Shown piece by piece: positions 52,594-54,331 of a DNA stretch of 54,331 bases (position 1 is its first letter; every line of letters begins with the position of its first letter). Made by a program: the position numbers and the translations under genes. This DNA comes from a virus (taxonomy: Duplodnaviria; Caudoviricetes): positions 1 to 54,331 of the IMG/VR virus record IMGVR_UViG_3300049137_000055. One strand, given 5' to 3'. The notes below the pieces were generated by a model. It worked only from the letters and a program-made list of their open reading frames with translations, searched no databases and had not been told where the DNA came from.

Positions 52594-52821
52594 ATGGGAC
52601 TGAAGGAAGAGAACGAAGCCATGAAGTCGGCGCTGACGAAGGCGGAAACCGTCTTCCTGGAAGGGGCCAGCGGTTCCCGCTCCATGGCCGCGCCATCCGA
52701 CGACGTCACGGCGCTGTCCGTCGCCATCACGAAAGGGCTTTGCATGTTCGCGGCGGTCGCCGTCCGCGCGCTGGCTGAAGCATCCGAAGAGCTGAAGGGC
52801 GGCGGCAATGGACGCAACTGA
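52594..52821 (+). CDS. Hypothetical protein
   Basis: Tightly packed operon. Confidence 0.6.
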   Translation: MGLKEENEAMKSALTKAETVFLEGASGSRSMAAPSDDVTALSVAITKGLCMFAAVAVRALAEASEELKGGGNGRN

Positions 52822-53134
52822 ACAGACATCCGTCCAGGATTCGGACGGTTGGGAATGGGCGGTCGTGGAAATCTTCGGCCATCGTCGCCACGCCGGGCGG
52901 ACGCGCGAGGAAGAACGCTTCGGCTCGAAAATGCTCCGGATAGACGTCCCGGTCAAAGGCGACCCGGACGCCAACGGCTGGCAAACACACTACTACGGCG
53001 GCGCGGCCATCTTCTCTTTCGCGCTGACGGACGAAGCGACGGCGTTGAAGGCGAACAAGCCATATGAGCCGCCGTCACGGCTGGCGCTTACGGGGCCGGA
53101 TGGCTACGCGGACGACCCGGACTTCCCGTTCTAA
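52808..53134 (+). CDS. Conserved phage hypothetical protein
   Basis: WAVVEIFGHRRHAGR..E.E.FG..MLRIDVP...GG.AIF. Confidence 0.75.
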   Translation: MDATEQTSVQDSDGWEWAVVEIFGHRRHAGRTREEERFGSKMLRIDVPVKGDPDANGWQTHYYGGAAIFSFALTDEATALKANKPYEPPSRLALTGPDGYADDPDFPF

Positions 53135-53149
53135 GGAAAGGAACTGACC

Positions 53150-53359
53150 ATGGACAAAGTCATCTTGGAAACAGCGCACGGCGGATATGTCGGGACGTTC
53201 AGCGTTCCGAAGTTCAACGCGCCGCCGGAAGTCCTGACATGGGGAACGCGGACGTTCATCCCTATGCCGGGGCGGTCACGCGACTTCATGCCGGTTTATC
53301 GCGAAGCCTTCGCGGTTGCCATCGTCAGCCAGCCGGAGCCGGAGGACGACGGAGCATGA
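53150..53359 (+). CDS. Hypothetical protein
   Basis: RBS AAAGGA; PP.V..WG.R.F...YRE. Confidence 0.65.
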   Translation: MDKVILETAHGGYVGTFSVPKFNAPPEVLTWGTRTFIPMPGRSRDFMPVYREAFAVAIVSQPEPEDDGA

Positions 53360-53508
53360 ACGAAGAACTGAAGAAGGCGATTGAACGGCTGTTGGACCGC
53401 ATCATGACGGACAACAACCACAACGGCGGTCTTCTGGACCGCCAGACGATTCGAGCCAGCGACGAATTGCGGCTGTTGCTGTCGAAGACGAAGGGCGCGA
53501 AGCCGTGA
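53356..53508 (+). CDS. Hypothetical protein
   Basis: ATGA-coupled, 50 aa. Confidence 0.6.
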   Translation: MNEELKKAIERLLDRIMTDNNHNGGLLDRQTIRASDELRLLLSKTKGAKP

Positions 53509-53753
53509 CCGTCCTTCGTTGGGAACGCCAGACGTCCGGCGCGTGGTATGGCTACAGCGGGGACATAGTCGCCGCCATGGTTGTCGAACGCGTCGGCGGT
53601 CGTTGGGCTTGGACCGTTGAAGGCGGGCGGAAGCCTTATGGCTGGCAGAACTACGGCGAGCGGAAGACGGCTTCGTCCGGCAAGCGCGCGGCTGACGATT
53701 ACTGGCGGCGCTGGCTGGACCATGCCGGGCTTCAGCCGAAGGCTACGCCATGA
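53505..53753 (+). CDS. Hypothetical Trp-rich protein
   Basis: GTGA-coupled. Confidence 0.6.
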   Translation: MTVLRWERQTSGAWYGYSGDIVAAMVVERVGGRWAWTVEGGRKPYGWQNYGERKTASSGKRAADDYWRRWLDHAGLQPKATP

Positions 53754-53941
53754 CCCGGACGCCGACCTGGACGCATGAAGTCCGGACCGCTGGCGACCGC
53801 GTCCAGCTCCGGACGACCATCGCCGGGAAGGCGGTCACGTTGCGGCGGCGGATTGTCGAACTGGACCCGGACGACGCGGAACGGATCGCCGCCGAACTGG
53901 CGACCGCCGCGCGCCTGATCCGGGAGAGGAAGGCGACGTGA
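53750..53941 (+). CDS. Hypothetical protein
   Basis: ATGA-coupled; LDPDDA..IAAEL..AA. Confidence 0.6.
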   Translation: MTRTPTWTHEVRTAGDRVQLRTTIAGKAVTLRRRIVELDPDDAERIAAELATAARLIRERKAT

Positions 53942-54213
53942 CCCGCCGAATCTACGCCAAGCCCGGAGAACGGATCTTCTGCCAGCGCGGCCATTATGTC
54001 GCGACAGTCGCGCGGGTCATCCATGACGGCGACCTGTTTGACGCCGGCATGATCCGAAGTCCGGCGGCGGGGATTGTCTTCACTGGCGAAGCCGACCTGT
54101 TCTGTCCTTGCGGGTCGCCGTTCTCGAAAACGGCGCTTCATGGGGACGAACTGGTCGGCGGTTTCTTTTTCGAGGCGGAAGGCTTCCGCTTCCAATGTCT
54201 GGCGGAATGCTAA
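53938..54213 (+). CDS. Hypothetical Zn-binding-like protein coupled to terS
   Basis: C..GH...CPCG; stop overlaps terS start. Confidence 0.6.
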   Translation: MTRRIYAKPGERIFCQRGHYVATVARVIHDGDLFDAGMIRSPAAGIVFTGEADLFCPCGSPFSKTALHGDELVGGFFFEAEGFRFQCLAEC

Positions 54214-54331
54214 TGGCGAACAGTCCACACCAACCCTTGAAGTTTACCGCGTCGCGCCTGTCGGTCGAATTGCGGAAGGACCGCCGGACGCTGGCGCGCA
54301 TCCTGGCCAACGTCACGCCGTGCGGCAAGGA

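Larger units (their letters stand above)
1..54331. mobile_element. Complete tailed phage genome (lambda-like head, Mu-like contractile tail), probable phage-plasmid
   Basis: Full set of packaging, head, tail, lysis, recombination and replication genes; ends overlap by 127 bp; rep/parA module present; no integrase seen. Confidence 0.93.

Noticed and set aside
54205-54331. 127-bp terminal repeat as a biological direct terminal repeat
   Set aside because: Cuts through terS, equals a common assembler k-mer length, and the terminase/cos are lambda-type
1-54331. tRNA genes, integrase/att site, restriction-site avoidance
   Set aside because: No cloverleaf or recombinase recognised by eye; apparent k-mer scarcity (e.g. 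CCTC, GGTG) is strand-asymmetric and better explained by codon bias; needs computation to exclude fully

Overview
The window is a complete circular assembly of a GC-rich tailed dsDNA phage genome. It has 54,204 unique bp; bases 54205-54331 duplicate 1-127. Host is probably an alphaproteobacterium (inferred from gene families, not proven). Layout: lambda-like packaging/head genes (1-7.4 kb); Mu-like contractile tail with fibres (7.4-21.4 kb); lysis/membrane genes (21.4-24.0 kb); leftward early arm with YqaJ exonuclease, RecT and RNase HI (24.4-33 kb); rightward arm with Cro-like HTH, DnaA-domain-IV protein, MTase, RuvC-like resolvase and primase-helicase (33.1-39.5 kb); an accessory island ending in an RgpF-like gene; a plasmid-type rep/parA/partner module; a second collagen-fibre cassette; an iteron-like locus; and a lambda-type cos at about 51.63-51.67 kb. 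I found no integrase and no CI-type repressor, so a phage-plasmid lifestyle is likely. Most striking signal: the 10-mer AAGGCTCGAA occupies the ribosome-binding position of 8 genes (a 9th has GAGGCTCGAA). Its exact complement is displayed in the 13-nt loop of a terminator hairpin in the 24.1-24.3 kb intergenic region. This suggests a phage-encoded trans-acting antisense RNA regulon, or alternatively an RNA-binding-protein regulon with a decoy. All product calls come from motif recognition by eye; no searches were run.
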